Of a DNA stretch of 64,000 bases, positions 52,501 to 64,000 are shown piece after piece. The stretch spans positions 1,240,001 to 1,304,000 of the forward strand of contig CM082577.2 in NCBI GenBank assembly GCA_040954595.2. The letters are read 5' to 3'. Origin of the DNA: Balanoglossus misakiensis (taxonomy: Eukaryota > Animalia > Hemichordata). Position 1 is the stretch's first letter. Every line of letters starts with the position of its first letter. Position numbers and translations under genes: made by a program. Under the pieces are notes generated by a model. It had not been told where the DNA came from and ran no database searches. It saw only the letters and a program-made list of their open reading frames with translations.

Positions 52501-55500
52501 ATCTCGTAAAAGAGTACATACTCGGAGATACAAAGTAATTTCACCTAATATCAGCTCATTTCGCTGCACGGCTAAGTGAGTGAAAATTGGTCCCCAAGAG
52601 AGACGCCGAAGGCCTTGAATTGCGAGCGAATCAAAAGTCAATAGCTTTTGCGAGAATGTAAATATGGAGTACAGACATGTCATGACAAAGGTCATGACCC
52701 CCATATTGTCAGTGGTGTTCTCTGATGTCTATTGGTGGCATTATTGATTGTTTGGTCACGTGAATTTCCCCTCGAAAAATCCAGTGAAAACATAGAGTGG
52801 AAATAACAATCTGAACGTTCCGTCACTGCTTGCAAAACGTTCGACGTGACTGTTCAAATCGATCGACATCTTTGCGTTTTTAACAAACCACGTGAAATGG
52901 CAGACAGCGACGTCTATTGATCATGTTGTCACTCGGACACAGAAATATGTTTTAAATCATATGTGAGTTTTCACTGTCGTTATCCAAATGAGCCTGTGCA
53001 CATATCCTATACATTGTCCTAAGCACATTTGGACAATCCATGCAAACTATTTCATATTTCTGCCCGTTTGAAACGTGTCAGCAGCTTAGAAATTTGTTCA
53101 TTCTAAGGGGAGAGTTATACATTTTCTCGTAAAACAGAACTTAGCGTTGGCTTATCCCAGTCTTCTTGCAAGGCCATCCCGATATAGAGTTTATTTAATG
53201 TGTCGGCGAGTAATGAGAAAAGATGGCGAAATTTCCCTTCTTTGAGAGAACATAAATCGCGAACAACCAAACCAATCTAGGCAGCAACATTCAAATCAAT
53301 ATTCGCTAATGTAAATGTAAACCCCATAGAAATGGTGGCAAAGTACTATGGGTATAAATTGTACTCGCAGTACGTCATTTAATTGATACATCAACGATTC
53401 TTGACATTAGACAATTTACAAAGGTTACACAGTCATACATCACTCAGGATCGTACAAATCGCGATAAAAACGCTGCATTTTGCCATTTAGAGACATGTCC
53501 CCCGCCTCTGGCATGTATGATGATAGTAGTCGCCGATAGAACAGATAAGGAAATGGGGTTAGCCTTGCTTATTCCCGTAATATGGGTTTTTTACTCTGTG
53601 AAATAAATTTCATGTCTTGAAAAAGAGGACGTGTTTGGCGTGGCACGCGTTGTAGAAATAGATAGCTCTACTTCGGAGCCAGTCACAAGATATGAATGGG
53701 AATGTTAGTATCAACAGAGATTAACTAAAAAGCCTCTGTGAGACATTGATAGAACCCAGACCATATACGTTTCAAACAATTCCCAAAATACATTCAACAT
53801 TTTCCCCAGATGGATCTACGTAAATACGACCAACGTAAATGATCCTTATTGTTTTATAGTGACGTAAGTCGTTCCCTCGTCATCGTGTTAACACGTCATC
53901 GCAGCCATCGCTCCTTTTAAAATGTTCTGAGAAATTTGGAGGTGATAGGAATGGGCAGTGATTTCCGGTCGTTTGCGAGATTATCCATCTACAGTTAAGT
54001 GAGAAACAATACATTATGATATTATTTGACAGAGTCTTGTTCGGGTGATGTCGTGCCAATAGTCAACTTGGGTGTTACTGGTTTCCACAAATATAAAATA
54101 AGTGAATTTCAGGGAATTACTATAAGTAATTTTGATAACATTGCGGCAGTAGCTGATACGATCATTATTGTGGTGGGAATGCCGGACGCTTTGATCCCGG
54201 CCTGATGTTAGTTTCACTAACCGTGGATGGGAGTTTCCGCTTTGGGGGCGTTGTGAGGCGGAACGGTTAATGTGGCGAGGTTGTTGTGAGTTTATGAAAG
54301 CAGTTTTATAGAGTTAGTGTGATATTCATGAATTAAATCAAGGTCGTTGCAGCCGTTATAACAACGCCCATTTCTCAGCCAAAGAATATAAATGCAGATT
54401 GTCTCTCCCGCGGACGGACACACCCGTACGGGTAACGTCACATCTTGATAATCGTTCTGAGGTGAAAGAGAAAAAATCAAACGTTTGGCTAAATGCAAGA
54501 ACCCGTAATTATGGCTCTAAATTGATGAAAGATAAACTTTGAACAGCTTCAAATTAATGATATTGTCGGATGATTACTTGTAAATAACCTCTGAATGGCG
54601 TAATCGATTAGCTAAAATAATACAACATTATTACCGACGCCAAATTTAACAAATTGATTGCTACATCGTAATTTTTATGAATTATTCATTTTATTGATTT
54701 AGTCGTCGTAAGCCATTCTCGTTACTGCGCCATTGTTTACACTATGGGTTCATAAAGGGTAAAAACGACAAGGAATTATTCAGTGGAGCATAATTATACC
54801 GTGTCGTTTTTTCACTGACTTTGTCAGATTTATTGAATTACTCAGCCTATTATCTTTGTTAGTCACAATCAGGATTTCCATGCCGCTCTTGCGAAATTTG
54901 TCGTCTTTCATAGACGATAATTTTGGTCTCTCGGGAGAGGCAGTATTGCACGAAATTCCTTTACACTACAGTTGCATGCTTGGCAGGATATATGACAATA
55001 AATAACCATAGCTTCCCAAGTGTGCAGAAAATATTTTACCATACAAATGACATGACATGACAGTGGAAAACATTGATGATCCAAACTCTCGAATTTAACC
55101 CTTTTTTTAAAAAAATATGTACATCTCAGTCTGGGATATATTCATATCTAGACGATTGCAGATTGACCCGCGGGTCGGATAAATTATTGGCACATCGATC
55201 TCTCAAAGCTACAGTTTGTTCAACCGATTTCCGTCCGTGATTTGTCGGCGAGATTCAATCACTGACGCGGACCACAGACACATCATGGTACAGCATTGGG
55301 TCAAGTAGAATGTCGAAAACTGTACGTTTATCGGTGAAGATGACATTCATTCCAACACACTATTGTATTCTCATCATACATAATACTCACCTTCTCGTTT
55401 CTGTATTCTCGTCCATTTTCTCGCAAAAACCGATTTTATTATTTATTTGATAGCCACAGCATGAAACAATTATGCAACGCGGTCGCCATTTTACTGACAT

Positions 55501-56217
55501 GAAAGATATCATTCTGTATATTTTAAAATCACAATTCAACTTTACAGCAGGTTTGCATTTTTGATTGAAAGTACAGGGTGTTTAGATCACCCTCTAACAC
55601 ACCCAATAAACATCATGACACATAACCCCCCTCCCTCCCTCCCTTCACTGAAAGCCTGAATCTCTCCACTCCGCACACCAAAGCCGTGGTGACGATGTGT
55701 GACGTCACGCCTGACATGTCAATACCAATCAGTCCCGGTGAATCGGAACGTTTGAATGGAAATTCACATGATTCACACATCACCCACTTCCACCAATATT
55801 TAAGACATTTTGTCCGGTGAAGCAAATATTTAAAATAACGACAAAATGTCTCAGTCACCATTTTTGTCAGTTTTCCAAACGATGCAGTTTTACAGAATTC
55901 ATCCCGTAACGAGCACAAAAATCATTGCCGCTCCACTTTCATTTAAAAATAGAATACCATGCTTTTTTATAAATTCAAAAGTACCACTAATGACCACAAC
56001 ACTTACCAACAGTCCGGCATCTTCTCCACAGTCCGATGGTTTCCTCGATAATGGTTGTCGTTTTGTTGACCTTTTCGTCTTCGTCGTCCTTTTTGATCTC
56101 CTTGGTGAGCACCCAATAGTCGGTCGACAGAGCGATGGTGAGCATAATGACGGAAGATGCTGTACACACTCCGGTTAGGAAAGCCAACACCCGCTTACTG
56201 TTACAAGAACGAGCCAT
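47170..56217 (-). CDS. Stargazin-like transmembrane AMPA receptor regulatory protein (type I TARP, CACNG2/3/4/8-like), ~316 aa
   Basis: Exons 56007-56217 (MLTIALSTDYW..GLWRRC), 49788-49877 (TCHVIDHFP), 48027-48167 (YIRASSAFPILS..AGVLSVLAG), 47170-47678 (GLLMYISSV..YKYGWSF..FTELAGVLLVYLHISRHK..RLRSRSWSGS..EYSMSLL..RKTTPV*). Phase-1 GT-AG introns, 951 nt. IDHFP, RASS-FPILS and the terminal TTPV PDZ ligand are stargazin hallmarks. Confidence 0.93.
47854..47946. repeat. Pentanucleotide microsatellite (CAAGA)n grading into (CAACA)n, intron 3 of the TARP gene
   Basis: Directly visible. Confidence 0.93.
49495..49592. repeat. Compound trinucleotide microsatellite (CAT)n-(CGT)n, intron 2 of the TARP gene
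   Basis: Directly visible; source of the poly-Met/poly-Thr spurious ORF. Confidence 0.96.
51618..51696. repeat. 25-bp minisatellite, 3 copies
   Basis: CGGCAAATCAAAATTC(C/T)TGTTACAT starting at 51618, 51643 and 51668. Confidence 0.92.
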
Positions 56218-57036
56218 GGCACACAGGTATTAGTCAACGAATTGATATACATCTATCTGCAAAGTCACAACGTCTAAAAAAGCACCTAAAAATCTCTGGT
56301 GTAAAAATGGACCCGGATTATGTTCGGTCGCTCATGCGCACCCGGTCGCTTTCCACTCCGTATCGATTTGCCGCCAAACGTCGACCGATCATAGGGCAAG
56401 TGTTCTTCCACCAACACACAAAAATCCAGATTTCCACACCGAAATCTCACCGCAGTTCTGTAGATATTCTCCGCGATATACTTATCACATGGGAACAGTC
56501 CACAAACAAAGCGACGACAAGGGAATCAGATAAAATGTTTAGGAAAACGAAGTAGGCCGATGGATTCCTGGCTGAGCGGAAGCAGAGCGCCGCTTGCAAG
56601 TGGCAATGTCTGAGGCGTTCCGCATGTCGACTGATATTTGCGCAATTAGCATACATTATAGTGGTATTCTAGAACCAAACAGTTGGGTAAAACCAAAGAG
56701 AGAATGTATGAAGATCATTACGATGTTGACTCTCTGATATCCTGTCTCATACTGTTTTGTAAATGGATATGATGGCTGTGATGAATGAAAACCAGGATGA
56801 GGAGACAGAATAGAAGTCCGTGTGTGTACGTTAAATGAGGCGCCAAACACGAGACAATAGTTGTCAGTTCTGTGATTTTTTGCTTGTTTAGCGAGCGCCG
56901 TACCACGTGTTTGCGGTATTTTCCCAGTGAGTGTTGCGATCACAACCGGTAATTTCATTGGTTGAAAATCTATATGTGTTATTTGTGAATATTATAATGA
57001 CGTCATAAAAAGAAACGGGTTTCATGAAAAATTAAT

Positions 57037-57118
57037 ATGACGATGATGATAATAGCAATGAGGATGATGATGAGTATGATGATGAGGAGGAGGAGGAGGA
57101 GGAGGAGGAGGAGGAGGA
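57037..57118. repeat. (GAT)n/(GAG)n low-complexity microsatellite upstream of the TARP gene
   Basis: Imperfect GAT repeats, then a perfect GAG run at ~57083-57118. Confidence 0.85.
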
Positions 57119-60100
57119 AAGAAATACATCAGAATTTCAAGCTATCGTCATCCTCGTCGAGATTAAATTTGACATTAAATGTATGTATTGACAAACGACC
57201 CGAACACATGCATATACATGTATGGCCAAAGTTTTGGTCATTAAAACTGTTTTAAATTTCAATATCAATTCTGCAACGACACAACTATTTTTTCGAGACA
57301 ATTCTAATTACAAACGGAAAAATTGCCAGGTTATATTTCGTTTAGCTTCACGTTTAACCCTGATCATTTTAAGACACTGAGGTAGCAAAAACTTTGACTT
57401 ATATTAGGAGTGTTATAGATCAACGTCAATGCGAAATCCTTGCCAAGATTTCTAATCAAGATATCAGTCATATGCTAGCTGAGCCATGAAAGTAAGATGA
57501 AAATCTCGGACAACTCACAGGGGAATTTAATGTGGCTTAATGGTTGTATTTCTCTGAAATAAAATGTGGTCAGATTGGGATTTCCAATGAAAGTCTACTT
57601 TTTAAAAGCCGTATACACTTTCTCATAAATCCTCGGGTCCAGGTGTGGACAAAATTACTGCGCTGTGTAATAAACGCATACAGGAATACGCATCTGAATT
57701 CTGCAGAGCTATAGGCCTAGTTCTATCTGACCCCTTTACGATGGATGTATGTGATCGGTCGTTGCTCGCTAGACTAATCGCTTTGCAGATCATTGTGAAT
57801 ACAATGCACCTCGTGGACTAAACACAATGGCACAAGTGACGTGGGCTGATATTTATCCAACAGCAACATCACCTTCTGTTCGACCGATAAATATTTTATC
57901 ATTTTGTTGCAGACAGCTTTATTAACTGCCAATCCTGGTTCTTCCGCGTCGGAGTTTATATGTGAACCCAACTGGATATCTATCGCTATCTATTGACAGA
58001 GTACACGATGTACGCTGTATATAATTTAAACAAGGCAAGTCAATGAGTCAAACACGGTTAAACGCAGCTGAGGTCGGTAAATTCTAAGGGAAAGTCTTAT
58101 CTGCCTGACAGTATTCTGTTTAATTTCGTTTTGCGCGGGAAGTTATGTCGTTCAGCGGTTCTGCTGTTCGGAATATTCCGAAACGTTCATTCTGTTCGCA
58201 CTTCCAAAATTCTGCTCATTGACGCAAGATGCAAATTATACTATTATTTCTTATAATTCTTCTTGAACTCATGAAATTCAAGGGTTTCAATCTTCATCAT
58301 ATAAATTTTATCTCCAAAATGAAATCTTGCACGTTGAATACGCTGAGGTGTAACTTGTATAGTAAGTAGATTTTGGCGGAAAACTGAAGAGTGGAGACGA
58401 GCAGATGAGACCCACAGCAATGAAATTGAGACCCGACATGCAATGCTTCGACCTACATTGTTCATGTAGCTTTCATCAGATAACCTACGAGTCGAACCTG
58501 AATGATCAGCCATTATTGGATCATACCGCCATTAGCGTCCATACAACACACGTGGTATAGTCTCAAGAAGACAAATGTTGCAAAATTAATCATCGGGGGA
58601 AAGAGATCAATACGTGTTACCATGGTAATAATCTGAGGTTTACATTATTCTCCTATTATAGTGTCTAAGTCTCCTTCATAGTGGGTACATTTTTCGCATG
58701 TAGGTGTGTCATACTAGCTTGTCATTTCCAAGTACTGGAAATGTTTTCAAGGACTACAATTAACGTTAAATATTTTTGATTGCCCATTGCTATTTTCAAC
58801 CACAAGTTTCTTGTATAAAAGTAACTTTGATATCAGACATACAAATCATGAACGTCTCTTGGTGAATATACATGTAATGACATGGAAAACCTTTGAAATT
58901 GAAGACTACATCCCTCAACATAACGTGAAATGGGTCGGCTATACTGAAACTTTAATTATAATCAAGAAAACATTAAGCATGGAAATTGAGTATTATTTGA
59001 ACGTAATGAACAAGCTGATACTCAAGAATTTTACCTATCAACTCAAGCAGGGACTATGAACTGAACAGAGGACATTGCTAGTGGAACTCTAGTTAGCATT
59101 CAGCAAGCGGTTGAAGTATAAAATAACGGAGACGATTTGATTATTGTGCTTCTCATTGAGTATTGCCGCACAAAACGAATCAGAATTTGCGCGGCGCTTT
59201 TTTTACTGGGCAACGAGCTCCGTTGACCAATTCGGTGATTAAGACTTACGATGAAGGCGTTAAGCTCATACATGTATTTCTCATTTTCCTGTAAATCCCC
59301 TTTACTGTTACGCCGCGGTGGTAATAGCGTCAACATGCAAAGGCGAGTAATCAGACACGGTCCCCGTTGAATTACCTGCGTTGATGTGTTCAGTGCTGGA
59401 AACGTTGTTCGTTAGCGCCAGGCATGTGTTACGTCGAACATATAAACTATTCCCTCAAGGGGCAGAATTGTATAGATGTAAATGCAGAATTCAATAGTAT
59501 TAAAAACAAGGCAAGGCAGACGTCTGCTCCAGACGCTAGCCGCAATGCGACATCGCTGTATCGTTTAACGTGGCAGAAGAATTTAGACAACAATTACCAT
59601 GCGCGGTAGAAGACTAAAAATCCCATCAGGCGACTTAAATGTTTGCCATCATTCACAAGCTTAGGACGAGATCGTAACGGTTGTATAAAACGTCATTTTT
59701 TCTTTTATTCCACAAATATTCGTTTAACGAGAAGATAACCCTTCCCACGCATATATAAATCATACGGAAATTGAACAAAAATAATATATGTACATTAATT
59801 TTCCAATGGTATTAATATTCATATCTATTTCTGTGGTGCTTGAATCTTTGGTTGACGCTCAGTGAAAGTGGCAATAGTTGTACATTGATATTTCCTATTT
59901 CTCTTGGGCTTTGATATCTACTATACACGCGGCGATGGAACTTTGACGTCGAGGGAATAATGTATTGGAGCGGCAACACACAATACACGGAACGATGTGA
60001 CTCATGGAAACATTTATGAGTCCGCAGACGACTTTATAAAAGTAAATCGAATGTCTAGATCTTCAAATATTAGAAATTGTATTACACAAGATTCAAAAAG

Positions 60101-62667
60101 CGCTTTTTGTCAAAATATGAAAATTCCACATTTCAGTGTCGTCTTCCTCAAAAAATTTCACCAAATAATTAAACAAATTTGTTTCATGAAAGTGAAGCTT
60201 TATATGGATGAGCTCCATTGGGTTGGAATAATCGGCCCATGGGTAAGACGAAATTTTAATTCACACAGTCAGTTCTGTGAAATGTGCTGAAGATACAGTA
60301 TATATACGATACGTGTGTGTATTATGGCGGGGCGCGGATAGTGGAGATGACGTCACCGAAAAGATAACGCCATATTCATCGTACGGAGAAAAATAATCAA
60401 TATTTCTTTGTCGTCTCTGTGTCGAAAGAAGAGATGTATTTGGAGAAATAATAATGTGACTTTTCACCACACACATAATATGACACTGTTCAATTCAAGA
60501 ACGCATGGCAAAATTTCATCGAAGGTTTTGTCATCTCTAATTTGTGGAATGCATAAAATATAGAATTTTCTTATCCCTAATCAACCTATATTCATTCTTT
60601 TGAGACAGCGCTGCTACTGTGCATTTTCAACTCAAATTAACGACACCATTGCCTAGATATGCACTGTTAACTCGGGAATAATTTCACTGGCATTATATTA
60701 TTTGGAGTTTTAACGACCCGGGGAATCATCGTGGATTGAATTCATTGGAAATCTCGTGAGAATAGCGGAAATCTCGTGAGAATATCTGTCTTCTATTCCA
60801 CAAGGCAAACCACCCAATAAGTGTCAACATTCACGCCTAATCCGACGTGTGCCAAAAGCATCAGTGGACAGATTAGGGAGATAAATAGGATTACAGAATC
60901 CTTGCGAGAAAGCCGCTTTCCGATAACATGGCTCTGGTTTCCAATAAAAGTGATGAAATTAAGAATGCAAAATCAAGCTTTATGAAACGGTTTATAACGT
61001 AATCATAAAACTATTAGAAGGGATACAAAATTTACTTTTTACAGAAAATCAATAATAAACCCAGGTTTAGCAGTATCTGATTCGTTCACTGAATTACATT
61101 TATTCCCCTTTTGTTCTTTTTATTCATAACTATTATTCTGAAAACGTGTCATTTATACCTCTCCAAGACTTATCTATGTACCGTATATTTGTGTTTTAGT
61201 CAGACAGCCCAGACACTTAAATGCATGGTAGCTATCAACAGAGAAAATAGAACACAGTGACTTCGCCCATACAGTTCATTTACCTGGGAACCGTTACAAC
61301 AGTGCTGACAACATAAATCTTTGCAACGGATATATATCGTGAATGTACGATACATTCCAGAAAAGCTGTGTTCAGAAATAAAGAGAGGCCAAAGAATAGA
61401 CGGATTAAAGTTAGCTTACCTCATTTGGGAGTTCAACCATTTGGGAGTATTAAAGTAAAGACGTAGGCCGATACAAGTAAGCTCGGGACGACGTCAATCG
61501 ATGCATTTACTCAAAGTGTGCTTTGCGTTGGCCAATTCCACGCTGCAAAGGTCGACATCACCATTAACCCACATTTTGCAAATTAGCTTGTTCTCGTGTA
61601 CCTCCCACTTTAAATCCATCTCCTTTTGACATGTAAATTGTTCACAGAAAATTTTAACACTAATTTTCCAGATATTAAATCCTGGTGTTAACCAAAAGGT
61701 TTTAACTCAAATTCTTAGCTTCGCACGAGAAATAGTATTGTAGGGAAAATGAAGACATACTCTGAAACTTTTATTCTCAAACTGTGCTGTGGTAGTTCAG
61801 GGAATCTACATGTATAATACCATTTTTAACATACGACATCGGATTACTTATGTCAGACTAGATAATGTCAAATCTAGTCTGGCCGACTTACAAGATCCGC
61901 CCAAAAACCAGCTGCTTTTGTGGATTAACACTAATAAGACAATGTTTCGGGGTTAGCAAAGTACGATAACATGTCGGGTCCCCCCTGGTACAACTGTAAA
62001 CGATGGCAGTATGTACTGATTGGAGTACGTTTGGACAGGTGTCCAAATGTAATGGAAGTCGATCCAGGTGGCCGGCTACGCTGCAATATTCTTGTGGCGT
62101 ACATTATATTAAACCTATTAGTGAACCGACGCGTGACGTCATTTTGCTGATAAACATTGGGGGCGACAACATATACTGCTCTGAGTTCATATTATGAATG
62201 CAAAGTCTTCAGTAATGGTGGGCTGGAGCAACGTTCTTAGCCAACCTCACGTACACTTGAATGCCCTACATTTCACTCGCTTCGACCGATTCTTCCTTGA
62301 GACAGACTGCTCTTTCTTTCGCCAGGCTGGCGACGATTTCCCATGATTCCCGTCGGCATATCGAAACTGAAATGATGTGCTGTCTTTAAAATGAAAAAAT
62401 GAGCGATTATTTTATTCACGCGTCACTTCTACAAGAAAAATGTGAATTGCACAGTACTCGGCCTGACAAGCTTATGCGAAAACGAAACTTTGGGCTGGCT
62501 TTCGCTGAACTTGGCTTGAACATGGAACTTTAAACAGGAGTCACTTTCACGCTTGTCGTAGAATAATTGAAGGCAAAATATTTATAACGACAATATACTA
62601 GTATTTCCTCCTTTATAAGGACAAAGTTGATATCTCGATAGTCCTGCAGAGGGCGCACTGCACGATG

Positions 62668-63817
62668 CTACGCGGGTATCATGACTTCGGGACATCGAAG
62701 CACCAATCTTTCAGAGACGTCGTTTTCTTCTTTGTGTTCCACATTGCCTCTCCGACACCGGGCAGTTCGTTCCCTTTCATCGTGTTCATCGTCCTCCTTG
62801 TGCCGTTGTATATAGAGATACACACACATCACACCACATACTTCGCTCAGAGCAAACGACACGACCACAGAGATGAACGAGAACCCGTATGTGTATCGAT
62901 ACATGTGTCCCTCTTGGTTGGGGGCGTCGCTCAACACGTCAGTGATGTTAGTTAAATAGATGATGATTCCAACGACTAACGTTAAACCTGAAAGAAGAAA
63001 TTAACAATAATGATAATAAGTAAGAATGTTCAAGTAACTTTAATAGTTGCCATTGCAGAATTTCGAAATGGCACTGTAAATTAGGGGTTCGAATGTTTTA
63101 AGATTAGAGGCAATGAAAATTGAAATTTCCGAAAAAAGGTGTAAATGCATGGTTGTGTATATAGCTATATACCAAAACTGAGGCGCAACGTACGTACAGT
63201 TCAGTCTGTTTACTTTGATGGGAACACAGAAGAGAGATGGGAACCTACCTGCTGTAATAAACATGACACCGGCCACAAATGTCCAATGTTTTCTGTTGTG
63301 TTTCCTCATCGCAAGAATTCCTATCACGGTTCCTACAATCATCAGTATCAGACTGACACAGGGGAACGGAGCGGCTGCTCGGATTAAACCTGTGTTGAAG
63401 AAAGGAGCGTTTCTCTAATCAGTACAAGATTTAATACACGGTAGACGTTGGAAATTGAACAACTTCGGAAGAAATTGACTTTACATGTGCATGAGGTTCC
63501 TGTGTAAAGATGACCGACCGACCGACCGTGAGTTGGTTGGTTTGTTGGTTGATTAATTGGTTGATTGATTGATCCCACATAGAAGATAGGTTGACGCTAC
63601 CAGTGGTACACCATTATTTTAGGTTGGGGGAGGGACCATGGTGTATACTATTAGTTTGCAGGTAGATCTAGAAGGTCAATGAACTTTCAAGACAAGAAAC
63701 CCACGGTGAACTAACGTTGATTTTCCAGTTACTCACGTGCAACGGCAGTAGTTGTGTCTGACTCAATTATGGGAATTGGCGTGAAATATTCAATGGTCTG
63801 ACAACCTATATCAGCAC
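62668..63817 (-). CDS. CACNG5/7-like (type II TARP-like) tetraspan protein, exons 2-4; exon 1 lies beyond the window
   Basis: Exons 63737-63817 (GCQTIEYFTP..DTTTAVA), 63249-63389 (LIRAAAPFPCVSL..FVAGVMFITAG; 141 nt, the same length as exon 3 of the neighbouring TARP), 62668-62987 (LTLVVGIIIYLTNITD..YRYTYGFSF..LSEVCGVMCVYLYIQRH..VMIPA*). C-x-TIEY, IR-A-PFP-VSL and L-LVVG resemble gamma5/7 more than gamma2. Confidence 0.87.
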
Positions 63818-64000
63818 CTGGAATATAAAGCGTAGAACTTTAGATCCATCGATCGATGATTCGATTTAAAAGGGAGTGGGGGGAAAAATTAATGTAAATG
63901 GCGAAGGTGGTGATGGCAAAAATGTAGATAGGAATACGAAAATACTGTATGCAGTGGTCATGCGTGGTCTACGTGATATTAATGATGTGCAATTTTGCGT

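Noticed and set aside
57037-57255. ORF with poly-Met/poly-Arg resembling a protamine-like peptide
   Set aside because: Derived from a (GAT)n/(GAG)n microsatellite; no splice or expression evidence.
60748-61885. Tandem 18-bp duplication (GGAAATCTCGTGAGAATA, ~60748-60784) and small hairpin (CAGACTAGA..TCTAGTCTG, ~61854-61881)
   Set aside because: Isolated short features expected in intergenic or UTR DNA; insufficient support for an ncRNA or mobile element.

Overview
Intron-rich, AT-rich animal genomic DNA, probably from an invertebrate deuterostome (inference from gene content; no prokaryotic features). I reconstructed spliced models by hand from GT-AG sites and reading-frame phase. Left to right: (1) complete 29-exon VPS35L/C16orf62 (minus, ~988 aa), with a U12-type minor intron and a candidate 27-nt microexon; (2) a secreted trypsin-fold/LDLa/PAN/CUB/CUB mosaic protein (plus, ~673 aa) whose catalytic Ser is replaced by Gly; (3) a cytosolic sulfotransferase (minus) with an apparent 8-nt palindromic frameshifting insertion near its 5' end; (4) a ~3.4 kb composite satellite (88-bp units with a 7-mer higher-order duplication, then related 86-87-bp units); (5) three co-oriented claudin/CACNG-superfamily genes (minus): a gamma5/7-like TARP (5' end outside the window), a stargazin-like TARP ending in RKTTPV, and a divergent third member. 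A FOXRED2-like flavoprotein (plus) sits between the second and third. The most interesting signal is this cluster: its order and neighbours mirror the vertebrate CACNG5-4-1 and CACNG7-8-6 triplets and the CACNG2-FOXRED2 linkage, suggesting a retained pre-genome-duplication TARP locus. No tRNA, rRNA or CRISPR array was seen.
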